This document shows positions 19,809-27,731 of a stretch of 64,000 nt of DNA, piece by piece. A program made the translations under genes and the position numbers. The stretch is from NCBI GenBank assembly GCA_963728205.1, contig CAVSIV010000001.1, positions 192,001 through 256,000 on the forward strand, written 5' to 3'. The notes below the pieces were generated by a model that was not told the origin of the DNA, made no database searches, and saw only the letters and a list, made by a program, of their open reading frames with translations. This DNA comes from an uncultured Chloroflexia bacterium (GTDB taxonomy: Bacteria; Chloroflexota; Dehalococcoidia; UBA2979). Numbering within the stretch: position 1 is the stretch's first letter; each line of letters opens with the position of its first letter.

Positions 19809-20942
19809 TCATTCCGAGCGGCGGATGAAGGGGCGGGGCACGACCTCGGCGTCGACGTCGCGCCCGTGGATCTCGATCGCGAGCCGCGTGCCCGGCGCGG
19901 CGAGACCTGCGGGCAGGTACGCCATCGCGATGCCCACGCGGAGCGTGGGGCTGAACGCGCCGCTCGTGAGCGTAGCAACCGCGCGCGGCTCGCTCTCGTC
20001 GCCGGTCGCGTCTCCCGGCGCGTGCACCGGGTAGCCGGCCCGCGGCACGCCGCGGTCGAGCAGCCGCAGGCACGCGAGCCGCCGCTCGGGCGCGCGCGCG
20101 GCAGCGGCGGCGAGCGCGTCGCGACCCGTGAACTCGGCGCCGTCCTCGAGCGTGACCGCCCAGCCGAGCCCGGCCTCGTAGGGGCTCGTGTCGGGCGTGA
20201 TGTCGTGGCCGTGCAGCGGCAGCGCGGCCTCCAGCCGCAGCGTATCGCGTGCCCCCAGCCCACACGGGACGACCCCGGCGGCCAGGCACGCGTCCCACAG
20301 CGCCGCCCCGCGCTCCGCGTCGAGGATGCACTCCGCGCCGTCCTCGCCCGTGTAGCCGGTGCGCCCGACCAGCACCGTCGCGCCGCGCCAGGCGAGCTCG
20401 GTGCAGCGCCGCGGCGCGAGCTCCGCGGCGAGGTCGACCCCGAGCACGTCGCGCAGCCGCGCGAGCGCGGCCGGTCCCTGCACCGCGAGCATCACGGTCT
20501 CGCCGCCGACGTCGCGCATCGCCGCTCCCGGCGCCCGATCCACCGACGCCCGCACGCGCGCCGCGTCGGCCTCCGCGTTCGCGGCGTTGTGCACGATGAG
20601 CCAGCGGTCGGCGTCGACGCGATAGACGAAGACGTCGTCGGCGATGCCGCCGTCGTCGGTCGCGTAGAGCGAGTAGTGGGCGCGGCCGGGGTGCATCCGC
20701 GTCACGTCGTAGGTCGTCACCGCGCGGATGCGCGTGCCGGCGTCGGGCCCCTCAATCCGCACGCGGCCCATGTGCGAGACGTCGAAGACGCCGGCGGCCT
20801 CGCGCACGGCGGCGTGCTCGGCGAGGATGCCGCCCGCGTACTGCAGCGGCATCTCCCAGCCGGCGAACGGCGCGAGCCGCGCGCCCGCCGCGACGTGCCG
20901 CTCGTGGAGCGGCAGGCGTCGCAGCGCTCGTGCCTCCCTCAT
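19809..20942 (-). CDS. gcvT: Glycine cleavage system aminomethyltransferase T
   Basis: FAGWEMPLQY, FDVSHMG, RTGYTGEDG, GLGARDTLRLEA. Confidence 0.95.
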   Translation of the reverse strand: MREARALRRLPLHERHVAAGARLAPFAGWEMPLQYAGGILAEHAAVREAAGVFDVSHMGRVRIEGPDAGTRIRAVTTYDVTRMHPGRAHYSLYATDDGGIADDVFVYRVDADRWLIVHNAANAEADAARVRASVDRAPGAAMRDVGGETVMLAVQGPAALARLRDVLGVDLAAELAPRRCTELAWRGATVLVGRTGYTGEDGAECILDAERGAALWDACLAAGVVPCGLGARDTLRLEAALPLHGHDITPDTSPYEAGLGWAVTLEDGAEFTGRDALAAAAARAPERRLACLRLLDRGVPRAGYPVHAPGDATGDESEPRAVATLTSGAFSPTLRVGIAMAYLPAGLAAPGTRLAIEIHGRDVDAEVVPRPFIRRSE

Positions 20943-20961
20943 CGCCGCCGCCCGCCCGCGC

Positions 20962-21438
20962 TCACGCGTCGGCGACGTCGGCCGACCACGTGACGTCGAT
21001 CGCGTCCTTCACGCTCTCGTGCGCCGGGCAGCCGCGTGCGTGCACGGCCAGCGCGCGGTCGGCGGTCTCGCGCTGCGCGGCCGGCACCCGCAGGTGGTAC
21101 GTCACGTGGATCCTGGTGATGCGGATCGTGGCGCCGGTCGGGCCCTCGATCGTCCCGTCGACGTCGGCGCTGTAGCTGGAGCGGTCGAACTCGACCTTGC
21201 GGGCGGCCAGGGCCCCCGCGAGCGTGCCGAACATTCAGCCGCCGACCGCGGCCACGATGTGGTCGAGCGTCGCCGCGACCGGCGGGCCCTCCTTCGCGCC
21301 GTAGTACTCGCGCAGCGCGCCCTGCACCCCGTACGCCACGGGCTCGGCCACCTCGCCCATGTAGGCGTGCCGCACGCCGCCCTCGAACACGAGGCGGTTC
21401 TTCGAGATGTACCGGAAGTCGTCGGCCACGGGCTCCAA
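20962..21438 (-). CDS. OsmC/Ohr-fold protein with in-frame UGA (putative selenocysteine), 158 aa
   Basis: ORFs 21235..21438 and 20962..21234 are contiguous and in frame; reads LDHIVAAVGG-UGA-MFGTL and later ARGCPAHES, matching the two OsmC Cys positions. Confidence 0.8.
21191..21230 (-). promoter_or_regulatory. Candidate bacterial SECIS hairpin
   Basis: Just 3' of the UGA: UCGGC..GCGGG-GGC-(CCUG)-GCC-G-CCCGC..GUCGA stem-loop. Confidence 0.55.
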
Positions 21439-21564
21439 CTTTCGTTGCGGCGCAACCGCGCGCCGCCGACCAGCCTACGCGTCGCGGCGGATGCCGCGTC
21501 GGAGGCGTGAGCCTGCGGCTAGTATTCGCGCGACACCTCGCTGAGGGGCCGGGGGAGATCGCGC

Positions 21565-22254
21565 ATGAACGTCGATCATTTCGTCGCGGTGGTCGACTCG
21601 CTCGCTCACCTGTTGTCGGTAATGGTGTGGCCGGCCGTCGCCGTCTTCCTGCTTGTCCGCTTCTCCGGCCCGCTGAACGGGTTCCTCAGCAGCCTCGGCG
21701 AACTGTCGTTCAAGGGCGGTGGGATCGAGGCCACCGTGCGTCGGCAGCAGATCGAGGCCGCCGCGTCGCTGGGCGTCGCCGCCGGCTCGCGGGCCACGCA
21801 GGCGAACGACCCCGCGACGCCGCGACCAGACGAGATCGCGGAGAGCGTCTCCCGCTCCGTCACGCGTGAGAGCGTTCGGGGCGCCGCAGGTTCGCGGGTG
21901 CTCTGGGTCGACGACCATCCCGACAACAACATCCACGAGCGGCGCGCGCTGGAGTCTCTCGGCGCGCGCGTCACGACCCTGACTTCGACGGACGACGCCC
22001 TCGCCGCGCTCGCCGGTGGCGGGTACGACCTCGTGATCTCCGACATGGGGCGGTCGCCGGATCCTCGCGCCGGGTACACGCTCCTCGACGCGCTGCGCAG
22101 GCGGGGCGACCGCACTCCGTTCGTCGTCTACGCAGGATCCGCCACCGACGAGCAGCGGAAGGAGGCGGCGGAGCACGGCGCGTTCGGCACGACGAACCGT
22201 GCCGATGAACTGCTGGCGCTCGCGCTGCGGGCGATGCGACGACGGCTCGGGTAG
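21565..22254 (+). CDS. Membrane-anchored receiver (REC) domain protein
   Basis: N-terminal TM (WPAVAVFLLVRF), then VLWVDDHPDNN, YDLVISDMGR; no output domain. Confidence 0.8.
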   Translation: MNVDHFVAVVDSLAHLLSVMVWPAVAVFLLVRFSGPLNGFLSSLGELSFKGGGIEATVRRQQIEAAASLGVAAGSRATQANDPATPRPDEIAESVSRSVTRESVRGAAGSRVLWVDDHPDNNIHERRALESLGARVTTLTSTDDALAALAGGGYDLVISDMGRSPDPRAGYTLLDALRRRGDRTPFVVYAGSATDEQRKEAAEHGAFGTTNRADELLALALRAMRRRLG

Positions 22255-22258
22255 GCGA

Positions 22259-23305
22259 CTAGCGTGATGCTCCGTCCGGGCCGCTCTCGCCCCGCAGCAG
22301 CGGCCAGTACAGCGGCAGGCTCACCGCGAACGGCACGAAGTAGTAGACGACCCGGAACAGGATCGCCGCGAGCGCCGCGTGCTCGACCGACACGCCGAGC
22401 ACGGCCAGCGTCGCCGTGATCGACCCCTCCTGCACGCCGAGTCCGCCCGGCACGAACGACGCGACCCCCGCGTTCACCCCGACCGCGAACGCCGTCAGCG
22501 CCGCGGCGAACCCTGCCCCGGCGCCCACGGCGGCGAGACAGCACCAGAACGCCACGAGCGTCACGCCCCAGTCCGCGACGATCAGCAGCGCCGGCGCCAG
22601 GCCCGCCGCCGGTCGCGCGCGCACCGCCGTCGCCGCGCGGTCGAGGCCCGCGCCGAGATCGTCGAGCGCGGCCGCCGCGTGCCGCGCTCGACCCGCGCCG
22701 AGCGCCACCCGCGTGCCCCAGCGGCCGGCGCGCAGCAGCGCGCCCCGGGCGCGGCGCGACCACAGCGCCGCGGTCAGCGCCAGCACGGCGACCGCCGACA
22801 GCGCCCCCGCCACCAGCGCCGCCCCCGCGCCGGCGCCCGAGAGCGGGTGCACCGCCGCGAGCAGCAGCAGTCCCGCCGGCAGCAGCGCGAGCATCGCCAC
22901 GGTGTTCAGGTACGACTGCACGACGGTCATCGCGAGCACGCTTCCCGGCGACTCGCCGTGCTCGCGCAGCAGCGCCGTGCGCACCGAGTAGCCGGCCACC
23001 CCGCCCAGCGACAGCACGTGGTTGAGCGCGAACGACACGTAGCTCGCGCGGAACAGCGGCCCCGTCGGCGCGCGCACACCCACGATGCGCCCCACCGCCA
23101 CCATCCCCGCGCTCAGCGCGAGGTACGAGCCGGCCGTCGCCGTCAGCGCCGGCACGACCAGCGTCCACCGCGTCTGCCCGAGCAGCCGCCCGACCTGCCG
23201 CCAGTCGAGCACGACCACCAGCGCCGCCGCGAGCACGAGCACCGCGATCGCCGACACCAGCGCGGCGTGGCCGCGCGCGGGCGGACGCTCGGCGGCGCTC
23301 GCCAT
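22259..23305 (-). CDS. Lysylphosphatidylglycerol synthase TM / flippase-like domain protein
   Basis: Polytopic; ALNHVLSLGGVAG, SFVPGGLGVQEG, AAILFRVVYYFVP. Confidence 0.85.
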   Translation of the reverse strand: MASAAERPPARGHAALVSAIAVLVLAAALVVVLDWRQVGRLLGQTRWTLVVPALTATAGSYLALSAGMVAVGRIVGVRAPTGPLFRASYVSFALNHVLSLGGVAGYSVRTALLREHGESPGSVLAMTVVQSYLNTVAMLALLPAGLLLLAAVHPLSGAGAGAALVAGALSAVAVLALTAALWSRRARGALLRAGRWGTRVALGAGRARHAAAALDDLGAGLDRAATAVRARPAAGLAPALLIVADWGVTLVAFWCCLAAVGAGAGFAAALTAFAVGVNAGVASFVPGGLGVQEGSITATLAVLGVSVEHAALAAILFRVVYYFVPFAVSLPLYWPLLRGESGPDGASR

Positions 23306-23307
23306 CG

Positions 23308-25053
23308 CTAGCCCTCGGTCAACCGCGTCAGCGCGAGCGCCGTGCGCGCCAGCCCGACCGGCCCACCGCGGTACGCGAGATAGCGGTCCTCCCAGTCGGG
23401 CTCGAACTTCGCCTTGTAGTTGCGCAGTCCGCGATACGAGAACAGCCGGTTCAGGCGGTCGAAGATCTCCCGCACGGCACGCTCCGTCAGCGTCGCGTCG
23501 GGGTGCTCGCCCACGCCGGCGAACGGCGCAAGACCGAGGTCGAAGCGCGTGAACCCGCGCACGTGGCAGTCGAGCAGCACCGTCGTGAAGAGGTAGTCCA
23601 TCACGCCGTTCGGCACGCCGGTGCGGTGGCGCATCAGGTCGATCGTCGCCTCGCCCGGCCGGTACGACGGGATCTCGTTCACGAATGCGACCAGCAGGCC
23701 CTCGGCGTCGCGCAGCACGAACAGCGGCGACGACTGGATGTAGCGCGGCTCGAACGCACCCAGCGTGAATCCGCGCTCGCGCCGCCCGGGCAGCGTGAGC
23801 CAGTCGCGCGACACCGCCTCCACCTCCGCCATCACCGCCGCGGGGTGTGGCGGCTCGTGGCGTGACGCGACGTAGCCCTCGCGCTCGTAGCGGCGGCGGA
23901 TGTAGCGGAAGTCCTTCGTCTCGGCCGTCTGCGTCGCGAAGCGCTCGAGGTCGACCGACGCTTCTTCGCCGATCTTCAGCAGGGCGAAGCCGAGCTCGCG
24001 GTACAGGTCGAGCCACCTGTCGGTGACCTGGTGCATCGCCACCGCCCAGCCGTTGTCCTCGCCGAAGCGCACGAAGCCCTCGACGGTCGCGCGCACGGCG
24101 GCGGGATTGCCGGCCGGGTCGCCGAGCGCGATGCCGACCGCCATCGTCGCGCGGTAGGCAATTGCCGCTCGGCGCTCCGGGTCGAAGAAGTACGACTTGT
24201 CGTGCCAGAGCTTGAACTCGTCGAGCGCCGTGCCACCGAAGCGGCGGAGCAGCGCCTCGACCTCGACGCGCTCGCGCGGGAGCACGCGCAGGCGGTAGCG
24301 GATCGGCTGCACCAGCGCGAGCGCGACGAGCGCGACCGCGGAGATGCCCGCGATGCGCAGCGAATCGAGAAACCACATCGCGTGGCGCGTCTCGGGCTCG
24401 AGGCTGTAGTTCGCGCCGAGCAGGAGGAACTGGTCGAGCGTCTGCTGCACGGCCTCGCGCAGGTCGAACGTCTGGCCGAAGTCGCGGCGCTCGAGGAGCC
24501 AGAACCCGGCGGCGCCGTAGAGGAACGCGGCGGCGAGGATCGCCGCGGCGAGCGCCACGCCCTGCGCGATGCTCACCGGCTCGCTGCGCACGGTGAACCG
24601 CCCGCGGAACACGATCAGCAGCCCCACCAGCGCGGCGGGCGCGACGGCGAGCGGCCACGACTCGTCCCCCTTCAGCAGGTGCGACACCGTCGCCGCCGCG
24701 GCGGCCGCGAGGGCGAAGCCCCACGCGACGCGCCGCCGTCGCAGCAGGTGGTACGCGAGGTAGACGAGCGCGAGCCCGAACGCCGTGCCGGCGGCGCGGC
24801 TCCAGTGATGCACGCCGAGGGGGAACGCGTAGCCGGCGAGCGCGGGATGACGCGAGACGCGAAAGAGCAGCGGCGCCGAGAGGCTGACGACGCCGTTCGC
24901 CAGCGTGACGAGCGCGATCAGCCAGACCGGCCAGCGCGCCGGCTCGGGGAGAATGTGCCGCCAGGCCCGGAGTACGGCGCTGCCCCGCAGTCGGAGGAAC
25001 TGCTCCGCGCCGGGAGCACGTTCGGTAGACGGAGCAGCCATTCGGACGATCAT
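23308..25053 (-). CDS. Aminoacyl-phosphatidylglycerol synthase (MprF C-terminal DUF2156 domain with TM N-terminus); start uncertain
   Basis: DKSYFF, ALGDPAG, KIGEEA, ERGFTLG, TIDLMRH, NGVMDYLF, LGLAPF, GLRNYKAKFEPDWEDRYL. Confidence 0.88.
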   Translation of the reverse strand: MIVRMAAPSTERAPGAEQFLRLRGSAVLRAWRHILPEPARWPVWLIALVTLANGVVSLSAPLLFRVSRHPALAGYAFPLGVHHWSRAAGTAFGLALVYLAYHLLRRRRVAWGFALAAAAAATVSHLLKGDESWPLAVAPAALVGLLIVFRGRFTVRSEPVSIAQGVALAAAILAAAFLYGAAGFWLLERRDFGQTFDLREAVQQTLDQFLLLGANYSLEPETRHAMWFLDSLRIAGISAVALVALALVQPIRYRLRVLPRERVEVEALLRRFGGTALDEFKLWHDKSYFFDPERRAAIAYRATMAVGIALGDPAGNPAAVRATVEGFVRFGEDNGWAVAMHQVTDRWLDLYRELGFALLKIGEEASVDLERFATQTAETKDFRYIRRRYEREGYVASRHEPPHPAAVMAEVEAVSRDWLTLPGRRERGFTLGAFEPRYIQSSPLFVLRDAEGLLVAFVNEIPSYRPGEATIDLMRHRTGVPNGVMDYLFTTVLLDCHVRGFTRFDLGLAPFAGVGEHPDATLTERAVREIFDRLNRLFSYRGLRNYKAKFEPDWEDRYLAYRGGPVGLARTALALTRLTEG

Positions 25054-25059
25054 AGGTTG

Positions 25060-25797
25060 ATGACGCGGTCCGACCAACGGCCCCCTTGCCCCGGCGCGCA
25101 GGCCCGCGCCGAGCGGCCGGGGCAGGCGGATGGGGAGCCGCCGGCACGCGCACGCGGCCGCCGCCGGCGCCGCTGGCCGGGGACCTGGCCGGCCACGATT
25201 GTGATTGGCGTCGCGGTCGTCGCAATCGGCATCGCGCTCGCGCCGCAGAGCGCGGCGCAGCACCGCGACCTCGTCGCGCGGCTGGGCGTGACCCCGCGCG
25301 CGCTCACGTCGTTCCGATGGTGGACGCTCGCGGTCTCGCCGGTCGTGCAGTCGGACCCCGGCATCGGTCCGCTCTTCTGGTCGCAGGCGGTGGCGGTCGT
25401 CGCGAGCCTGGCGCTGCTCGAGCCGCGAGCCGGCAGCGTGCGTACCGCCGCGCTCTTCTTCGGCTCGGAGCTGTTCGTCGAGCCGGTGCGCCTCGCGAGC
25501 CTGGCCGGGCTCGCGAGGCTGGGGAACGCGTCTGCGGAGGCGCTCGTGCACGTGGGCGACACCGGTTCGTCCGCAGCCGTGACTGCCGTCGCGGCGGCGT
25601 TCGTCACGACGTTGCCGTCGCGACTCGCGCGCGCGGGCTACGTGGGCCTCGCGCTGTGGATCGCGTGGAGCGTGCACGCGTTCCCGCTCGACGTCGCCAT
25701 CGATCACGCGGCGGGCGCGGCGTGCGGGCTGCTCGTGGCGGCGTGGTGGCGATGGCGGCGGACGCGTGCGGCCGCCGCCACGAGCGCGGCCGGCTGA
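25060..25797 (+). CDS. Rhomboid-like membrane protein (start uncertain)
   Basis: RWWTLAVS, LEPRAGS, DTGSSAA (GxS) and DHAAGAACG (H-x2-G-x3-G) in a ~6-TM protein. Confidence 0.6.
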   Translation: MTRSDQRPPCPGAQARAERPGQADGEPPARARGRRRRRWPGTWPATIVIGVAVVAIGIALAPQSAAQHRDLVARLGVTPRALTSFRWWTLAVSPVVQSDPGIGPLFWSQAVAVVASLALLEPRAGSVRTAALFFGSELFVEPVRLASLAGLARLGNASAEALVHVGDTGSSAAVTAVAAAFVTTLPSRLARAGYVGLALWIAWSVHAFPLDVAIDHAAGAACGLLVAAWWRWRRTRAAAATSAAG

Positions 25798-25826
25798 GCT
25801 CGCGGGCGACGCGGAGCGCGGCGCCC

Positions 25827-27599
25827 CTACCCGGATCGCGGCCCCTCGCCGCCGCCGGCCGCGTCCGCGTCGCCGCCCGCCTCGTCGTCCGCGCGCTCCT
25901 CCGCCTCCTCGGCGCCCGTCTGCGCCGCCGCCTCGATCGCGCGCTCGTCGCGCGCGGCGGCCGAGCCGCCCCCGGCGCCGTCCTCGCCGTCCTCGCCGCG
26001 GCCGTCGTCCGGCGGCTGCGCGCCGACGACGCGCAGCAGCGAGCTCGCGTCGTGCACACCGTCGAGCTCGGACGAGTAGCGCTCGACGAGGTCGGACGGC
26101 AGCAGCCCCCGCCGCGCCGCGTCCGCCAGCGCGGCCTTCTCCGCCGACGCGATCTGCCGCACCGCACGGGTCTCGCGCACCGGCCAGCCGTGCTCGGCCT
26201 GTCGCGCCAGCTCGGTCATCTCGTGCCGCGCGTCCTCCTGCGCGGCCTCGAGCCGCTGATGAAGGTCGTCGTACGCGGGACCGACGATCTCGCCGTCGAG
26301 CGACAGCGCCTCTAGCCGCCGAAGTGCCGCCCGCAGCGCCAGCGAGCGCGCCATCTGGTTCTCGTACTTCTCGAGCCCGGCGTCGTGTGTCACCAGCCCC
26401 AGCCGCCGCAGCAGCGGGCCGTACGTCAGGCCCTGCACGACGAGCGAGAAGAACACGACCGCGAACACCACGGCGATCGCGTCGACGTCGCCGACGCGCG
26501 CGCCCACCTCGCCGAGGCCCAGCACCAGCGCGATCGGGATGCTGCCGCGCAGCCCGCCCCAGAACAGCGCGTGCATCCACGTGAGCGGTACCGCCAGCGC
26601 GCCGCGCAGCGAGCGGACGCCGCCGACCAGCCCGTACGCGATGATCGCCCGCGCCGCGAACATCGCGCCCAGCGCGGCGACCGTGGTCACGGCCGTGTCC
26701 ACGTGCTTCAGCTGCGAGATGTGGAACTGCAGGCCGATCAGCAGGAACAGCGCCGAGTTCGCGAGGAACGCGATGATCTCCCAGAACTGCAGCAGCGCGA
26801 TCCGCGACGAGGCCGACATCGCGACGTTCGTCCTGTAGCTGCCGAGGAAGAGCCCGGCCGCGACCGTCGCGATCACGCCCGACCCGCCGAGCCGCGACGC
26901 CAGGAGGTACGACCCGAACGCGAGCACCACCGAGAGCGCCGACTCGATCAGGTGGTCGTCGACCGTCGCCATCAGCCGGTAGACGACGAAGCCGGCCACC
27001 ACGCCGGCCGTCGCGCCGATCGCGACCTCGCGCACGAACTCGTAGACCGCGCCGGTGACGCCGACCGCGTGCCCGCTGCCGGGGAACGCGATGTCGACGG
27101 CGATGGTGAAGAGCACGATGCCCACCGCGTCGTTGAAGATCGACTCGCCCTCGAGCAGCGTGCGCAGCCCGTGCGGCGCCCCGTGCTCCTTGAAGATCGC
27201 GAGCACGCTCACGGGGTCCGTGGGCGAGAGGATGACGGCGAGCAGGAAGGCGTCCTGCAGGTTCAGGGGCGTCGCGAGGCGCAGGACGCCCGTGATCACC
27301 GCGGCGGTGATCAGCGTGCCGAGCACGGCGAGCACGCCGACCTGCCGCCAGCGCAGCCGCAGCTCGGTGAGGTCCATGTTCGCCGCGCCGTCGAAGAGCA
27401 GCGGGGGCAGAAACAGCAGCAGGATAATGTTGCGGCTGAGCGAGAGGTGCAGCAGGTTGCCGAACCCGATCAGCAGCCCGACCACCACCAGCGCGACCGT
27501 GTAGGGGAGCCGCAGATACGTTGCGGCGATGGCCACGAGGACGGCGACCATCAGCAGGATGGTGATGTTGAACTCGGTCAGCTCCAGCGTCGCCGGCAT
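25827..27599 (-). CDS. Na+/H+ antiporter, CPA1 (NhaP) family
   Basis: FLPPLLF, SPTDPVSV, LEGESIFNDAVG, WGGLRGSI. Confidence 0.92.
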   Translation of the reverse strand: MPATLELTEFNITILLMVAVLVAIAATYLRLPYTVALVVVGLLIGFGNLLHLSLSRNIILLLFLPPLLFDGAANMDLTELRLRWRQVGVLAVLGTLITAAVITGVLRLATPLNLQDAFLLAVILSPTDPVSVLAIFKEHGAPHGLRTLLEGESIFNDAVGIVLFTIAVDIAFPGSGHAVGVTGAVYEFVREVAIGATAGVVAGFVVYRLMATVDDHLIESALSVVLAFGSYLLASRLGGSGVIATVAAGLFLGSYRTNVAMSASSRIALLQFWEIIAFLANSALFLLIGLQFHISQLKHVDTAVTTVAALGAMFAARAIIAYGLVGGVRSLRGALAVPLTWMHALFWGGLRGSIPIALVLGLGEVGARVGDVDAIAVVFAVVFFSLVVQGLTYGPLLRRLGLVTHDAGLEKYENQMARSLALRAALRRLEALSLDGEIVGPAYDDLHQRLEAAQEDARHEMTELARQAEHGWPVRETRAVRQIASAEKAALADAARRGLLPSDLVERYSSELDGVHDASSLLRVVGAQPPDDGRGEDGEDGAGGGSAAARDERAIEAAAQTGAEEAEERADDEAGGDADAAGGGEGPRSG

Positions 27600-27731
27600 G
27601 TCGCGAGGGTAGCCGACGCTCGCGCGCGTCTGGCCTGACGGCGAGCGCGGGACATACGCCGCGTGCGCTGCGCTCGCCGCGCCTACACTGCTCGCAGGCC
27701 CCCGCCGCACCGCCCGCATTGCGAGGCACGC

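Noticed and set aside
21439-21564. Glycine riboswitch upstream of the gcv operon
   Set aside because: The region is short and lacks the GGAGA..CCGAAG..CUCAGG aptamer pattern
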